The notes: generated from the sequence alone by a model not told the origin. Positions 18,859-29,469 are shown, numbered from the stretch's first letter. The stretch is DNA of 64,000 nucleotides from an uncultured Gemmatimonadota bacterium (GCA_903893785.1 CAITNQ010000424.1:7666-71665); one strand, 5' to 3'. Numbers and translations: made by a program.

Positions 18859-19644
18859 TCAGGCCATGAACCGCTTCCGCAGCTTCGCCCGCAGGCTGAG
18901 CACCGCCTTGGTGTGCAGCTGCGACACCCTGGATTCGGACAACTCGAGGACGAGCCCGATCTCCTTCAGGGTGAGTTCCTCATAGTAGTAAAGCGCGACC
19001 ACGAGCCGTTCCTGGTCACCCAACTCGCCCAGCGAGTCGGCCAGCAGATCACGCATCTCCTCGCGTTCCAGGTTGGCCAGCGCGTTGGGCTGGTCGCGGG
19101 AACGCAGGGTATCGACGAGGGGCACCGGCTTGTCGTCGTCGTCGCCGTGCGTCATCTCGTCCAGCGACAACAGCGAAGCCGAGCTGACGTCGTCGATCAT
19201 CTCGTAATACTCGTCCATTCCGACGCCCAGACCGGTTGCCAACTCGGTCTCGCTGGGGCTTCGCCCCAGTTCGCCTTCCAGACGCGAAATGGCCCGCTCG
19301 ATCTCACGCGACCGGGCCCGCGTTGACCGCGGTACCCAATCCATGCCACGGAGTTCGTCGAGGATGGCGCCGCGGATGCGCAGCGACGCATAGGTCTCGA
19401 ACTTCACCCCCTTGGCCACGTCGAAGTTGTGGTACGCCTCGATCAGCCCCACCACGCCGGCGTTGACCAAGTCGCTCAGTTCGACGGAACGCGGCAGGCC
19501 GATGGCCAGGCGGCCGGCGATATACTTGACCAGCGGCAGGTAGTCCACCAGCTGACTCTCGCGCTGCGCCTCGCCCACGACCTGCCCCTTGTGCTGGTCG
19601 TAACGCTGCGCCGCCTTCCTGGCCGTGGTCTTGTCGCCGGTCAT
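18859..19644 (-). CDS. fliA: RNA polymerase sigma-28 (FliA/WhiG)
   Basis: YLPLVKYIAGRL, KFETYASLRIRGAILDELRGMDWVPRS, LYYYEELTLKEIGLVLELSESRVSQLH; start at 19644 or 19680. Confidence 0.95.
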   Translation of the reverse strand: MTGDKTTARKAAQRYDQHKGQVVGEAQRESQLVDYLPLVKYIAGRLAIGLPRSVELSDLVNAGVVGLIEAYHNFDVAKGVKFETYASLRIRGAILDELRGMDWVPRSTRARSREIERAISRLEGELGRSPSETELATGLGVGMDEYYEMIDDVSSASLLSLDEMTHGDDDDKPVPLVDTLRSRDQPNALANLEREEMRDLLADSLGELGDQERLVVALYYYEELTLKEIGLVLELSESRVSQLHTKAVLSLRAKLRKRFMA

Positions 19645-19681
19645 CACGGTATCCGCTTGCGGTGCAGGAGAGCCCGTCATA

Positions 19682-20497
19682 TCAGGTGGAAGAAACCCAG
19701 GCCGCCTGGCGCTGCGCCAGGGCCCGAGCGAACAGGCCGCTGCCGATACCGTCGCCGCCGGCCGCCACCAGGCCCGAAGCCATCCGGGTGATGGCCACCG
19801 CCGCCGGCGGGGCCGGAACGCCGCACACCAGGGGTACCTGGCGCTTGCTGGCCTCCCGGACATTCCGATCTAACGGAATAAAGCCGAGGTTGTCAATCTC
19901 CACGCCGAGGAAACGGCGCGCCAACTCGGCGAAACGGCGGTGCAGCTCGGCAGCTTCGGCAGCCGAATCGGCCATGTTCACCAGCAGGCGCGGCTGCAGG
20001 CCGGCGGCGGCGCCGAGGAACACTTTCAGCGCCGCATAGGCGTCGGCAATGGCCGTGGGCTCGGGGGTCACCACGAGTATCAGGTCGGCCGCGGCCGAAA
20101 CGAAATCCACCGTTGCGGCGGGGATACCTGCGCCGGTGTCGACGATGACAAAGTCGAAACCGGATTCGAAGCCAGCCAGGGCCTCGACCGTGTCCGGCAG
20201 CACGTCGGTACGGAGCCAGTAGTCGGTCTGACCATCGGCCGCCGACGCCAGCAGGCAGAGGCCTTCAGGTCCGGCGAACGCGGCTTCGTCCACGCCGCAC
20301 TGACCACGCAGCAGGTCTTGAATGGTGTGGGGTGGGTCCACGCCAAGGAGCACGGCTGCCGCGCCCAGACCCAGGTCCGCATCCACCAGCAGGACCCGTT
20401 CGCCCAGACGTGCCATGGCCACCGCCAGGTTGACTGCGACGACGCTCTTGCCCACTCCCCCTTTGCCGCTGGAGACGGCCAGATACTTCACCCCCAT
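19682..20497 (-). CDS. flhG: MinD-like flagellar number regulator
   Basis: SSGKGGVGKS, VDADLGL, DTGAGI, TPEPTAIADAYA; lies between flhF and fliA. Confidence 0.9.
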   Translation of the reverse strand: MGVKYLAVSSGKGGVGKSVVAVNLAVAMARLGERVLLVDADLGLGAAAVLLGVDPPHTIQDLLRGQCGVDEAAFAGPEGLCLLASAADGQTDYWLRTDVLPDTVEALAGFESGFDFVIVDTGAGIPAATVDFVSAAADLILVVTPEPTAIADAYAALKVFLGAAAGLQPRLLVNMADSAAEAAELHRRFAELARRFLGVEIDNLGFIPLDRNVREASKRQVPLVCGVPAPPAAVAITRMASGLVAAGGDGIGSGLFARALAQRQAAWVSST

Positions 20498-20501
20498 GTG
20501 G

Positions 20502-21818
20502 TCACCGTTCCTTCGTGTCGGCGGCCGGCGCGCCAATGGCCCGCGCCACCCAGGCAGCCAGATCACCGGCCTCGATCTGCCCGGGAACGCCGTTGCCGAC
20601 GCCCAGATACGAAGTGGGCACCTGGCTGCGGATCGCGGCGCTGACCGCGGGCCCTGGCCTGAGCGTGTCGTCCATTTTGGTGAACAGCAGTCGACGCGTC
20701 GGGAAGACGGTCGCGGCCTCGATCTGGTCCAGCATGTGCTCCAGGCTGCTGCCGCCGTCCAGCACCACCTGGACCTCTTCCACGCCCGCGGCGGTGAGGA
20801 CCTGCACCTGCCGCTCGCGTTCACGCTGGTCCCGCGGGCCGCAGCCCGCCAAGTCGACCAGCACCAGGCGCACCTGCGGGTAGCGCGTCAGAACCTCGGC
20901 GATCTCGGCACCGTCATAGGCGGTCTCCAATGGCACACCGATGATACGGGCGTAGGCGCGGGCCTGGTCCAGGGCACCCACGCGGCGGTCGTCGGCGGAG
21001 ACCAGCAGGACCCGGCCGCCGCGCTTGAGGGCAAAGCCGGCAGCGATCTTGGCCGCGGCCGTGGTCTTGCCCGCCCCAGCGGCGCCGAAGAAGCCAACGA
21101 CCTGGCGTCGTGTGGTCAGGCGCAGGTCCCGGCATTCGGGCAGCTGCGCCGCCAGCAACGCCGCCGCGCGTTCGGCCACCACGTCCCGGTCCGACAGGGC
21201 CGTACCGTCCAGCTCGAGCAGCAGCGCTTGCACGGTCTGGTCCGCCAGGTCTGCGGCCAGTCCCAGGCTGCGCAGGCGCTCGTCCAGGCGGGCCAGCGCC
21301 TCTGGCAGGTCCACCCCGCCACCCCGGCGGCGCTCCAGACGGGCCACGGCCTCGTTGAGGTGTCGCAGGCCGCGCGCCAGCTGCTGCAGTTCCACGCCGC
21401 CCGTGGGTGCCGGTGCCAGTGGCGCTGGCGATGAGGGGCGACGCAGCGCTGCCGGCAGTGCCGGTGGGGTGCCGTCCGGGTCAGGAACCGCTGGCGCCGG
21501 GGCGGCTGGCGGCGCGGCCGGTGCCACCCCGCCCGAACCCGCGCGCGCTGACGGGATCGGCGCATACTGCCGTGCCGCCCACGGGGCGGCACGCGCCCCT
21601 GCGGGCTCGGCCGGCGGCGGCACGGCCGTGCCCCCCCCGGTGGGCGCCGTCTCGTCAAAGGCAGCCGTCACCTCGACCCGAGGCTCCTCCTGGGGACCGA
21701 AGCGGTTGTTGCGCCTGACCTGCCGCGTGTTCAGGATGACGGCGTGGTCGCCGAGGTCATCACGAACCTGCTGCAGGGCTTCCGGCATACTCCGGGCTAC
21801 GTACTTCCTGATCTTCAT
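20502..21818 (-). CDS. flhF: SRP-family GTPase FlhF
   Basis: MKIRKYVARSMPEALQQVRDDLGDHAVIL N-terminus; GAAGAGKTT; TKMDD. Confidence 0.9.
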   Translation of the reverse strand: MKIRKYVARSMPEALQQVRDDLGDHAVILNTRQVRRNNRFGPQEEPRVEVTAAFDETAPTGGGTAVPPPAEPAGARAAPWAARQYAPIPSARAGSGGVAPAAPPAAPAPAVPDPDGTPPALPAALRRPSSPAPLAPAPTGGVELQQLARGLRHLNEAVARLERRRGGGVDLPEALARLDERLRSLGLAADLADQTVQALLLELDGTALSDRDVVAERAAALLAAQLPECRDLRLTTRRQVVGFFGAAGAGKTTAAAKIAAGFALKRGGRVLLVSADDRRVGALDQARAYARIIGVPLETAYDGAEIAEVLTRYPQVRLVLVDLAGCGPRDQRERERQVQVLTAAGVEEVQVVLDGGSSLEHMLDQIEAATVFPTRRLLFTKMDDTLRPGPAVSAAIRSQVPTSYLGVGNGVPGQIEAGDLAAWVARAIGAPAADTKER

Positions 21819-23886
21819 GGCTTAGCGTCAGGCTTCCGACCGAAGAGACCTCCACGTCCGGCGCTATCTCGTTATAGGACAGGACGTACAGGCTGGGGAA
21901 ATTGGCGGCGGTCAACTTGCGGAACGCCAGGCGGAGGTGCGGCGCAGTCAGCACCACCGGCTGCTGGCCCGCCCCGATCATCTGGTCAACCAGGGACGTC
22001 AGACGGGCAAAGAGTTCGCTGGCCAGATCCGGTGCCAGGGCCACGGTGATGCCGCCCGGGGTCGCCTGAACGGCTTCCCGGATGAGCTCTTCCGCCTCGC
22101 CGTCCAGGGTCAGGACGGCCAATTCACGCTCCGGCGTATCCTTGAGCAGCGAGTTGCATATCTGCCGACGCAGCGACGTGCGCACGTATTCGCCCAGGAT
22201 TTCGGCGTCGCTCACCTCGGCGTAGTCGGCCAGGATCTCCAGAATGGTGCGCAGATCACGGATCGGCACCCGCTCGGACAGCAGGCTCTGCAGCACGCGT
22301 TGCAGCCGCCCCAACGGCACTACCGTAGGTACCAGTTCCTCGACCACCTTGGGGTAGACTTTCTTGAGCTCGTCGAGCAGGTGCTGCGTTTCCTGGCGAC
22401 CGAGCAGTTCCCTGGCGTGAGTATGGATGACCTCGGTCAGATGGGTTGCGATAACCGCCACGGGCTCGACGACATTGTACCCGAGCAACTCGGCCTTCTC
22501 GCGCAGGCCCGGCGCAATCCAGCGGGCGGCCAGCCCGAACACCGGATCGACCACCGGCGTGCCCTCGACCGGTCCCTCGGCAAACCCCGGATTGATGGCC
22601 AGCAGCTGGCGGGGCTGCAGTTCGCCCCGGGCCACGGTATTACCCTTCACCCGGATCTGGTAGTCGGCAGGCTTCAGGTCGGTGCTGTCACGCACGCGCA
22701 CTGGCGGTGCAATGAAACCCATCTCCATGGCAGCGACTTTGCGGATCTGCACGATCCGCTCGATCAGGTCACCGCCCTGACGCGCGTCCACCAGAGGCAC
22801 CAGTTGGTAACCCACCTGCACCTCGAGCGGATCCACGCGCAGGTAGTCCTCGGGCCGCTCCTCGGGTTTGGTCTCCACTTCCTGAGTGGCGCGGACGGCC
22901 GCCGCTTCCTCCCGATGCCGGCGTCGCACCAGACTCGCCGACGCAATGAGCAGGCCGCCGATGATCAGGAAAGGCCAGGCAGGCAGCCCGGGAACCAGAG
23001 CCAGGGCCAGCAGCATGGCGCCGGCGATGGCGCCGGCCTGGGGCCGCCCGGTAAGCTGGCGGCTGATGTCACGCCCGAGGTTGCCGTCCGTGGTCGCCCG
23101 GGTGACAATGATACCCGCGGCCGTAGAGGTGATCAGGGCCGGGATCTGCGTCACCAGGCCGTCGCCGACGGTCAGCAGGGTGTAGGTCTTCAGCGACTGG
23201 GCCAGATCCATGCCGTGCTGCAGCACGCCGATGGCGAAACCACCGATGATGTTGATCAGCGTGATGAGGATGCCCGCCACGGCATCGCCCCGAACGAACT
23301 TGCTGGCGCCGTCCATGGCTCCGTAGAAGTCCGCCTCGCGGGAGATGTCTTCGCGTCGTCGCCGCGCCGTTTTCTCGTCAATCAGACCGGCGTTCAGATC
23401 GGCGTCGATGGCCATCTGCTTGCCGGGCATGGCGTCCAGGGTGAACCGGGCCGCGACCTCGGCCACCCGCCCCGAACCCTTGGTGATGACGACAAAGTTG
23501 ATGATGATGACAATGGCGAAGATGATGAAACCCAGCACGTAGTTGCCGCGCACCACCACGCTGCCGAAGGCGGCGATCAGGCGGCCCGCGTCCGCGTCGC
23601 TGAGGATCAGGCGGGTCGACGCCACGTTGAGCGACAGGCGGAACAGCGTCAGCACGAGCAGCAGCCCGGGGAAAACGGACAGCTCAAGCGGGGCGGTGAT
23701 GTAGATCGTCAGCATCAGCACCAGCAGGGCCAGGCTGATGTTAAGGGCAATGAAGAAGTCCATCAGGTACGTGGGCAGTGGCACGATCATCACGCCGAGG
23801 ATCGTGACCACGCCCACGGCGATCAGGACGTCGGTATGCCCGGCCAGCTTACTGAGGAACTTGCGCAAGGCTCCCTGCTCTCTCAC
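21760..23886 (-). CDS. flhA: Flagellar export gate protein FlhA
   Basis: RVAEVAARFTLDAMPGKQMAIDADL, DFYGAMDGASKFVRGDA, GDGLVTQIP, ERVPIRDLRTILE. Confidence 0.98.
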   Translation of the reverse strand: MREQGALRKFLSKLAGHTDVLIAVGVVTILGVMIVPLPTYLMDFFIALNISLALLVLMLTIYITAPLELSVFPGLLLVLTLFRLSLNVASTRLILSDADAGRLIAAFGSVVVRGNYVLGFIIFAIVIIINFVVITKGSGRVAEVAARFTLDAMPGKQMAIDADLNAGLIDEKTARRRREDISREADFYGAMDGASKFVRGDAVAGILITLINIIGGFAIGVLQHGMDLAQSLKTYTLLTVGDGLVTQIPALITSTAAGIIVTRATTDGNLGRDISRQLTGRPQAGAIAGAMLLALALVPGLPAWPFLIIGGLLIASASLVRRRHREEAAAVRATQEVETKPEERPEDYLRVDPLEVQVGYQLVPLVDARQGGDLIERIVQIRKVAAMEMGFIAPPVRVRDSTDLKPADYQIRVKGNTVARGELQPRQLLAINPGFAEGPVEGTPVVDPVFGLAARWIAPGLREKAELLGYNVVEPVAVIATHLTEVIHTHARELLGRQETQHLLDELKKVYPKVVEELVPTVVPLGRLQRVLQSLLSERVPIRDLRTILEILADYAEVSDAEILGEYVRTSLRRQICNSLLKDTPERELAVLTLDGEAEELIREAVQATPGGITVALAPDLASELFARLTSLVDQMIGAGQQPVVLTAPHLRLAFRKLTAANFPSLYVLSYNEIAPDVEVSSVGSLTLSHEDQEVRSPEYAGSPAAGS

Positions 23887-23932
23887 CCCTGCTTAGCCCA
23901 TGCCCGTCGGCAGCATGGGCGATGGCACTGGT

Positions 23933-24997
23933 TCAGCCGCGATGGCGCAGACGGAACACGAAGGCCAGCACCTCGGCCACGGCTTTGAACAATGTCTCGG
24001 GAATCTCGTCGCCCAGGCGCACTGCCCGGTACAGGGCCTGTGCCAGGGGTTTGTTCTCCACTAACGGCACGCCCGCCTGGCGCGCCACCTCCTTGATGCG
24101 TTCGGCCACCAACCGTTGCCCCTTGGCCACCACCCGCGGCGCCGCCATGCTGTCCGGATCGTAGCGCAGGGCGATGGCTAGGTGCGTCGGGTTGGTGACC
24201 ACCACGTCGGCGGTGCGCACGTCCGCCATCATGCGCTTGCGCGACATCTCGCGCTGGACCGAGCGAATGCGGGCCCGGATCGCCGGGTCGCCTTCCTGCT
24301 GCTTGAGTTCCTCTTTGATCTCCTGATGGGTCATGCGCAGGCTGCGCTCATAATCCCATCGTTGATAGGCGTAATCCAGCACCGCCAGGACCAGCAGCAG
24401 GCCGACGATGCGGTAGCCCAGTTTGAGCGTCGCCGCGCCGCAGTGGGCCAGGATCTGCCCGGGTGCCATGTCAAGGTAGGTGACGAAGTTGCCCAGTTCG
24501 CCGCGGATGGTCACGTAGGTCAACCAGGCGACGGCGGCAATCTTCAGCAGGCCTTTGGCGAGCTCGACCAGCCCACGGCCGGACAGCAACCGCTGCGCCC
24601 CGGCCAGTGGGTCGATGCGGCTGAACTTGGGCATCAGCGGGTCGCCGGCCACTACCACGCCCACCTGCGCATACTCGATCGCCAAGGCAGCCGCCGTCAG
24701 CAGCGCGATGATGGGCGCCGCAATCAGCGCCGCTCGCCCACCCCAGGTCAGCACCAGCGTGCGCACACCGACCGCGTCCAGTTCCTGCAGCAGGCCGTTG
24801 CTGAACATGTCCGTGGTGAACCCGGCCAGGTGGCGCACCATGGTGCCCCCCAACGCCGACAGCGAGAGCAGCCCGACGGCGAGAATGGCCACCGAGGTAA
24901 GCTCGTTGCTGTGCGCGACCTGCCCTTTGCGCCGCGCCTCTTCGCGCCGCCGCGGGGTCGCCTGCTCGGTCTTTTCCTGGAACGATTCTTCGGCCAT
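23933..24997 (-). CDS. flhB: Flagellar export switch protein FlhB
   Basis: EKTEQATPRR, KQQEGDP, intact NPTH autocleavage site, VPLVENKPLAQALY. Confidence 0.97.
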   Translation of the reverse strand: MAEESFQEKTEQATPRRREEARRKGQVAHSNELTSVAILAVGLLSLSALGGTMVRHLAGFTTDMFSNGLLQELDAVGVRTLVLTWGGRAALIAAPIIALLTAAALAIEYAQVGVVVAGDPLMPKFSRIDPLAGAQRLLSGRGLVELAKGLLKIAAVAWLTYVTIRGELGNFVTYLDMAPGQILAHCGAATLKLGYRIVGLLLVLAVLDYAYQRWDYERSLRMTHQEIKEELKQQEGDPAIRARIRSVQREMSRKRMMADVRTADVVVTNPTHLAIALRYDPDSMAAPRVVAKGQRLVAERIKEVARQAGVPLVENKPLAQALYRAVRLGDEIPETLFKAVAEVLAFVFRLRHRG

Positions 24998-25007
24998 GGG
25001 ATCGCCT

Positions 25008-25778
25008 TCAGGCGAACAGAGCCACCAGGGTCATGAAGTTGCGCTCGAGATCCGTCCACAACTGCCGCAGCAGCACCTGGAAGAGCGGCATGGACGCCAG
25101 CAGCACCACGAGTCCGGCCGCGACCTGGACCGGGAAGCCGACCATGAAGACGTTCATCTGCGGCACGGTGCGAGCCAGCACCCCAAGGGCAACGGTGATC
25201 AGCAGCAGCGTCACCAGCACCGGGGCGCTGATCTTGACGGCGATGACGAAGACCTGTCCAGACAGGGCCAGCAGTTCGGCCATCATCGGCGGTCGCAGGT
25301 GCACCGCGCCCAAGGGCACGATATCGAAGCTGGCACACAGACCGCGGAGAATGAGGTGATGCCCGTCGGTGACCAGGACGGTCAGAATGGCGAGGGTATT
25401 GAGGAACTGACCGATTAGCGACACCTCTTCCTGCGACTGCGGGTCGATCACGTTGATGATCCCGAAGCCCATCTCAAGACCCGCGAGCTGGCCGGCAAAC
25501 TGGACGCCGACGAAGAGCAGCAGCACGGCAAAGCCCAGAGCCAGCCCCATGATCACCTCGCGCACCATCATCAGCGCGTACGGCAGCAGCGAAGGCGGCA
25601 CCACCGGACCACGGGCCGCCAACAAGGGCAGCAGCACGAAAGAGATCATCGCTGCCAGGCCGATCTTGGCGCGCCCCAGCAGCAGGCGGTGACCGAAGAT
25701 GGGCGCCACGATGAGCAGCGCGCTCACCCGCAGCAGGATGAGCAGGAAGATGTGGAACTGGTCGAGCCAGTAAGCCAC
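25008..25778 (-). CDS. fliR: Flagellar export protein FliR
   Basis: LRVSALLIVAPIFG, AGQLAGLEMGFG, DGHHLIL, LARTVPQMNVFMVGFP. Confidence 0.95.
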   Translation of the reverse strand: MAYWLDQFHIFLLILLRVSALLIVAPIFGHRLLLGRAKIGLAAMISFVLLPLLAARGPVVPPSLLPYALMMVREVIMGLALGFAVLLLFVGVQFAGQLAGLEMGFGIINVIDPQSQEEVSLIGQFLNTLAILTVLVTDGHHLILRGLCASFDIVPLGAVHLRPPMMAELLALSGQVFVIAVKISAPVLVTLLLITVALGVLARTVPQMNVFMVGFPVQVAAGLVVLLASMPLFQVLLRQLWTDLERNFMTLVALFA

Positions 25779-25796
25779 CGTCAGTCCTCGCGCCGA

Positions 25797-26066
25797 TCAG
25801 CCGGTGAGGGTCGGAATGGAGCTGATCAGGCCGACGGTGAAGTCGACCATCTTGCGGATGGTCCAGGGCAGCATGACCACCAGCACCACGGTCACGGCGA
25901 GCACCTTGGGGATGAACGTCAGGGTCATCTCGTGGATTTGGGTTACCGCCTGAACGATGGAGACGGCAAGGCCCACCAGCAGGGCCACCAGCAGCGCCGG
26001 ACCGGCTACCAGCAGCACCAGCAGCACCGTGTCATGGCTGAGTTTGAGCACGTACTCGGGCGTCAT
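25797..26066 (-). CDS. fliQ: Flagellar export protein FliQ
   Basis: VGLAVSIVQAVTQIHEMTLTFIPK. Confidence 0.96.
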   Translation of the reverse strand: MTPEYVLKLSHDTVLLVLLVAGPALLVALLVGLAVSIVQAVTQIHEMTLTFIPKVLAVTVVLVVMLPWTIRKMVDFTVGLISSIPTLTG

Positions 26067-26126
26067 GGTCCCTCGTTGGGTGGAAACGGACAACGGCGGG
26101 CCGCCGCTGCAGGTGCCGGCCCCAGA

Positions 26127-26912
26127 TCAATGGAAACTCTTGACCAGTGATTGGACGATCAGATTCCAGCCGTCGACCAACACGAAGAGCAGCAGCTTGA
26201 AGGGCAGCGACACCATCACCGGCGGCAGCATCATCATCCCCATGGACAGCAGGATGCTGGACACCACCAGGTCGATGACCAAGAACGGGATGAACAGGAT
26301 GAAGCCGATCTGGAAGGCGGTGCGGAGCTCGCTGATGATGAACGCGGGAATGACACAGGAGTTGGGGATGTCATCGACCGTGCGGGGTTGGTGCATCTTG
26401 GCCAACCGCACGAACAGCGCCAGGTCTTTCTCGCGGGTCTGCTTGAGCATGAACTCGCGCAGGGGCTGCATGCCGCGGTCCATGGCCTCGCGGTACGGGA
26501 TGCGGTCGGCCATCAATGGCTGCAGAGCCTCGTTGTTGACCCGGTCCCACACTGGCGCCATGACGAAGAAGGTGAGGAAGAGCGACAACCCCACCAACAA
26601 CTGGTTGGGAGGCATCTGCTGGGTGCCGATGGCCGTGCGCAGGAAGGACAACACGACCACGATCCGGGTGAACGAGGTCATCATGATCAGGATCGACGGC
26701 GCCAGCGACAGCACCGTGAGCAGGAAAATCAGCTGCAGCGACACCGCGGCATCGCCACCGCGCTTGGCGTCGTCCACCTGCAGGCTCAGGCGCGGCAGGC
26801 CCTGCGCCCCGACGGCCACGGCGGCCACCAGCAGCACCAGCAGGGCCAGCAGTACGGCCAGACCCCAACGGCGGCGGGGCAGCGCCCGCATTGCCTTCAT
26901 CCCGGACTTCAT
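26127..26912 (-). CDS. fliP: Flagellar export protein FliP
   Basis: [40 protein letters not shown]. Confidence 0.97.
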   Translation of the reverse strand: MKSGMKAMRALPRRRWGLAVLLALLVLLVAAVAVGAQGLPRLSLQVDDAKRGGDAAVSLQLIFLLTVLSLAPSILIMMTSFTRIVVVLSFLRTAIGTQQMPPNQLLVGLSLFLTFFVMAPVWDRVNNEALQPLMADRIPYREAMDRGMQPLREFMLKQTREKDLALFVRLAKMHQPRTVDDIPNSCVIPAFIISELRTAFQIGFILFIPFLVIDLVVSSILLSMGMMMLPPVMVSLPFKLLLFVLVDGWNLIVQSLVKSFH

Positions 26913-27487
26913 CCCTGACCTCCATCCGAAGCGCCAGCAGCGGGCGGCCGGTCGCCCAGTCGGGCACGCAGGTGGGCCGCAAAACCGGCGCGCGCCGGTT
27001 CTTCAGGGCGTACCGGCAGCTCGCCGGCGCGCCACTCGGCCAAACAGGTGATGCATTGATCAGTGATGCCCAGAGCAAGGGTCCGGTCGCCGATCTCCAC
27101 CATACAGAGGAGCTTCTTGGGGCCCAGGTACACCCGCTGGCCCAGACGGATGGGGCCCGTGGCACCGGCGGCCGGCTGCTGCCAGCCCAATCGTCGCAGC
27201 AGCCACACCCCCCCCCAGGCCAGCAGCACCACCAGGCCCAGGCCGCCGATCAGGCGCGCCACCAGCCCGGACAGGCTCGGTCCCTCGTCGGCGTCCACCC
27301 CGAGGAGAGCCGGGCTGGCTACCGGGGCCTGGGTCCAGGCCGTGTCGGCCGGCGCGGTCGCGGCGCTGGCCGGGGGCGGCGGGGCGGGGGCCGAACTCTC
27401 CTGCGCCCACAAGCGCTCGGTGGGCAGCATGATCAACAGCATGAGGGCGCCAGCGAGCCAGAATGGAGCAGTACGCGTCGCGGTCAT
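26909..27487 (-). CDS. fliO: Flagellar export chaperone FliO/FliZ
   Basis: Signal-like N-terminus, TM, then '[30 protein letters not shown]'; precedes fliP. Confidence 0.85.
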   Translation of the reverse strand: MTATRTAPFWLAGALMLLIMLPTERLWAQESSAPAPPPPASAATAPADTAWTQAPVASPALLGVDADEGPSLSGLVARLIGGLGLVVLLAWGGVWLLRRLGWQQPAAGATGPIRLGQRVYLGPKKLLCMVEIGDRTLALGITDQCITCLAEWRAGELPVRPEEPARAGFAAHLRARLGDRPPAAGASDGGQG

Positions 27488-27532
27488 GGTCACCCGGTTC
27501 ACCGTCTCGAGGAAGGCCGTCGGGCGACAGGG

Positions 27533-27548
27533 AGCAACTGATATGCCA
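27533..27548 (-). promoter_or_regulatory. sigma54 (-24/-12) promoter for fliO-fliP-...-fliA
   Basis: Minus strand TGGCATATCAGTTGCT matches TGGCA-N6-TTGCW with exact spacing. Confidence 0.8.
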
Positions 27549-27848
27549 CGGGTACCCGGCCGGCGGGCCGAGGGCGCCCGGGCACCCCCGACAGTGCCGG
27601 CGCGGGACCCAGACAACTCACTGGGCCGCAGGCGTCGGCGACCGCCGCAGGGCACCCGCGGGCAGGGCCTCGGGCGGGCCTGCCGCGGGCGGGCGGCAGG
27701 TCACTCGGGCAGGTCACAGGGGTGACCGGGCGCAGCTGTGCCCGCAGGAACGGCAGAATGTTCCGCTGGGGGGAAAAGCATGCCTGCCGCCGGCGTGGGC
27801 CGCGGGCGGCTCGGGACTACAGGCGGGCCGGGCGGCGCTACCCCGATG

Positions 27849-28361
27849 TCAGGGGTCGATGACGCCGGGCAGCAGTTCGGTAATGCGGACGCCGAAATTC
27901 TCGCTGACCGTGACCACCTCGCCGCGGGCGAAGAGCTTGCCGTTGACGAGGACGTCTACGGGATCGCCTACCTGCTTGTTGAGTTCGACCAGGGATTGCT
28001 CGCCAAAGGCCAGCACGTGCTCCAGGGTTTCCTCGGCCCGGCCCAACTCGATGGTCACCGTAAGGACCACGTCCATGAGCCGGCTGACGCTGGAAGGGAG
28101 GCCCGTGGTGCTCTTGGCCGCCGCGGCGCCGGCGCCACCGAAGCCGCCCTCGGCCTCCATGGCCTTGAGCATCTCGGCCTCCATCATGCGATCGACATCC
28201 TCCTGAGAGGTGCCTTCGCCGCCCTCCTCCTCCATCATTTTGAGCATTTCCTGCGCCAGCGGATCGAGTTCCTCGTCACCGCCGCCGGCCTCTTCTTCCC
28301 CGCCCAGACCTGTCAGTCCATCCAGGTCGTCGGGCTCACTGCTGGCATCTGTCTTGGCCAT
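27849..28361 (-). CDS. fliN: Flagellar switch protein FliN with an acidic N-terminal extension
   Basis: SPOA domain 'LMDVVLTVTIELG...VDVLVNGKLFARGEVVTVSENFGVRITE'. Confidence 0.93.
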   Translation of the reverse strand: MAKTDASSEPDDLDGLTGLGGEEEAGGGDEELDPLAQEMLKMMEEEGGEGTSQEDVDRMMEAEMLKAMEAEGGFGGAGAAAAKSTTGLPSSVSRLMDVVLTVTIELGRAEETLEHVLAFGEQSLVELNKQVGDPVDVLVNGKLFARGEVVTVSENFGVRITELLPGVIDP

Positions 28362-28392
28362 GGCTTGCGATCCTCGTCAGGCGCGCGACGCC

Positions 28393-29448
28393 TCAGTCGG
28401 TCACGGCGCAGGAGTTATTCTTGAACCAGTACTCGTCGCCCGGGTCGATGGGTTCGGTGATCTGCATGGCCATCCGTCGACCCTTGCGGCCCGGCAGGCC
28501 GACGAACTTAGGCTCGTCCCCCACAAAGAGCACGGCCTTCTGTCGGTAGTCCGTATTACCCAGGGTCAGCAGGTCACCGACGCGCAGCTCCTGCAGCTGG
28601 CGCATGGTGACCTCGCCGCGGGCCAACTCGACGCTCAGAGGCAGCTTGGTCTTCTCCAAGCGCGTGCGGTTGGCGGCGCGTTGTTCGGCTTGGTTCGTCC
28701 GACTGATGCGGGCGTAGTTCTGGTTATTGCCCAACCGCGGCAGCACCGACTCCAGGGTGAAGAAGGGGTAGCAGAGGCTGACCAGCCCGGTGCAGTTGGT
28801 TGAGTTCACCTCGAAAGCCAGCAGAATGACAATCTCGCTAGGGGCGGTGATCTGCATGAACTCCGGGTTGGTCTCCAACTCGATGTCGGTGATCTCCACC
28901 CGCAGGATCGGTTCCCAGGTGGCCTCCAGGTCCTCGATCACGCGCTTGACGATGCGGTTGATCACCCCGGTCTCGATGGGCGTCAACTGCCTGGCATCGA
29001 TCCCGGCCGAGGATCCCTTGCCGCCGAAAATGCGGTCTACGAAGGCAAAGACCACGGGCATGGCAAAATCGATGATGGCCTGACCGCTGGTGGGCCCCAG
29101 GGTGAACTGGTACGAACAGGACGGGTTTGACAGCGACATGATGAACTCGGCATAGGTCGTCTGGTCGACAAACGCCGTATCCACGTCGACCACGGCACGC
29201 ATGGCCCCGGAAAAAGTCGAACTCAGCAGCCGGGCGAAGTTGTCGTGCAGGTTCTCCAGCGTGCGCAGCTGGTCTTTGTTGACCCGCGCCGGATGCTTGA
29301 AATCGTAGGTGGTGACGATGCGCTGGGACGCCGCATCGCTCAGCTCGCCGGCCTCGCCTCCGGAAGCCGCACCCCCACCGCCACCCTCGCCATCGTCAGT
29401 AGCCGAAAGCAGGGCATCGATTTCGTCCTGGGTGAGGATATCAGCCAT
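28393..29448 (-). CDS. fliM: Flagellar switch protein FliM
   Basis: MADILTQDEIDALL, YDFKHPARVNKDQLR, DRIFGGKG, ETNPEF. Confidence 0.97.
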   Translation of the reverse strand: MADILTQDEIDALLSATDDGEGGGGGAASGGEAGELSDAASQRIVTTYDFKHPARVNKDQLRTLENLHDNFARLLSSTFSGAMRAVVDVDTAFVDQTTYAEFIMSLSNPSCSYQFTLGPTSGQAIIDFAMPVVFAFVDRIFGGKGSSAGIDARQLTPIETGVINRIVKRVIEDLEATWEPILRVEITDIELETNPEFMQITAPSEIVILLAFEVNSTNCTGLVSLCYPFFTLESVLPRLGNNQNYARISRTNQAEQRAANRTRLEKTKLPLSVELARGEVTMRQLQELRVGDLLTLGNTDYRQKAVLFVGDEPKFVGLPGRKGRRMAMQITEPIDPGDEYWFKNNSCAVTD

Positions 29449-29469
29449 GGTCCTGTTCCCCCGCGCCGG

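Noticed and set aside
21760-21818. 59-bp overlap of the flhA end with the flhF start as a possible frameshift
   Set aside because: FlhA is complete before the overlap. The short tail is ordinary stop-codon drift.
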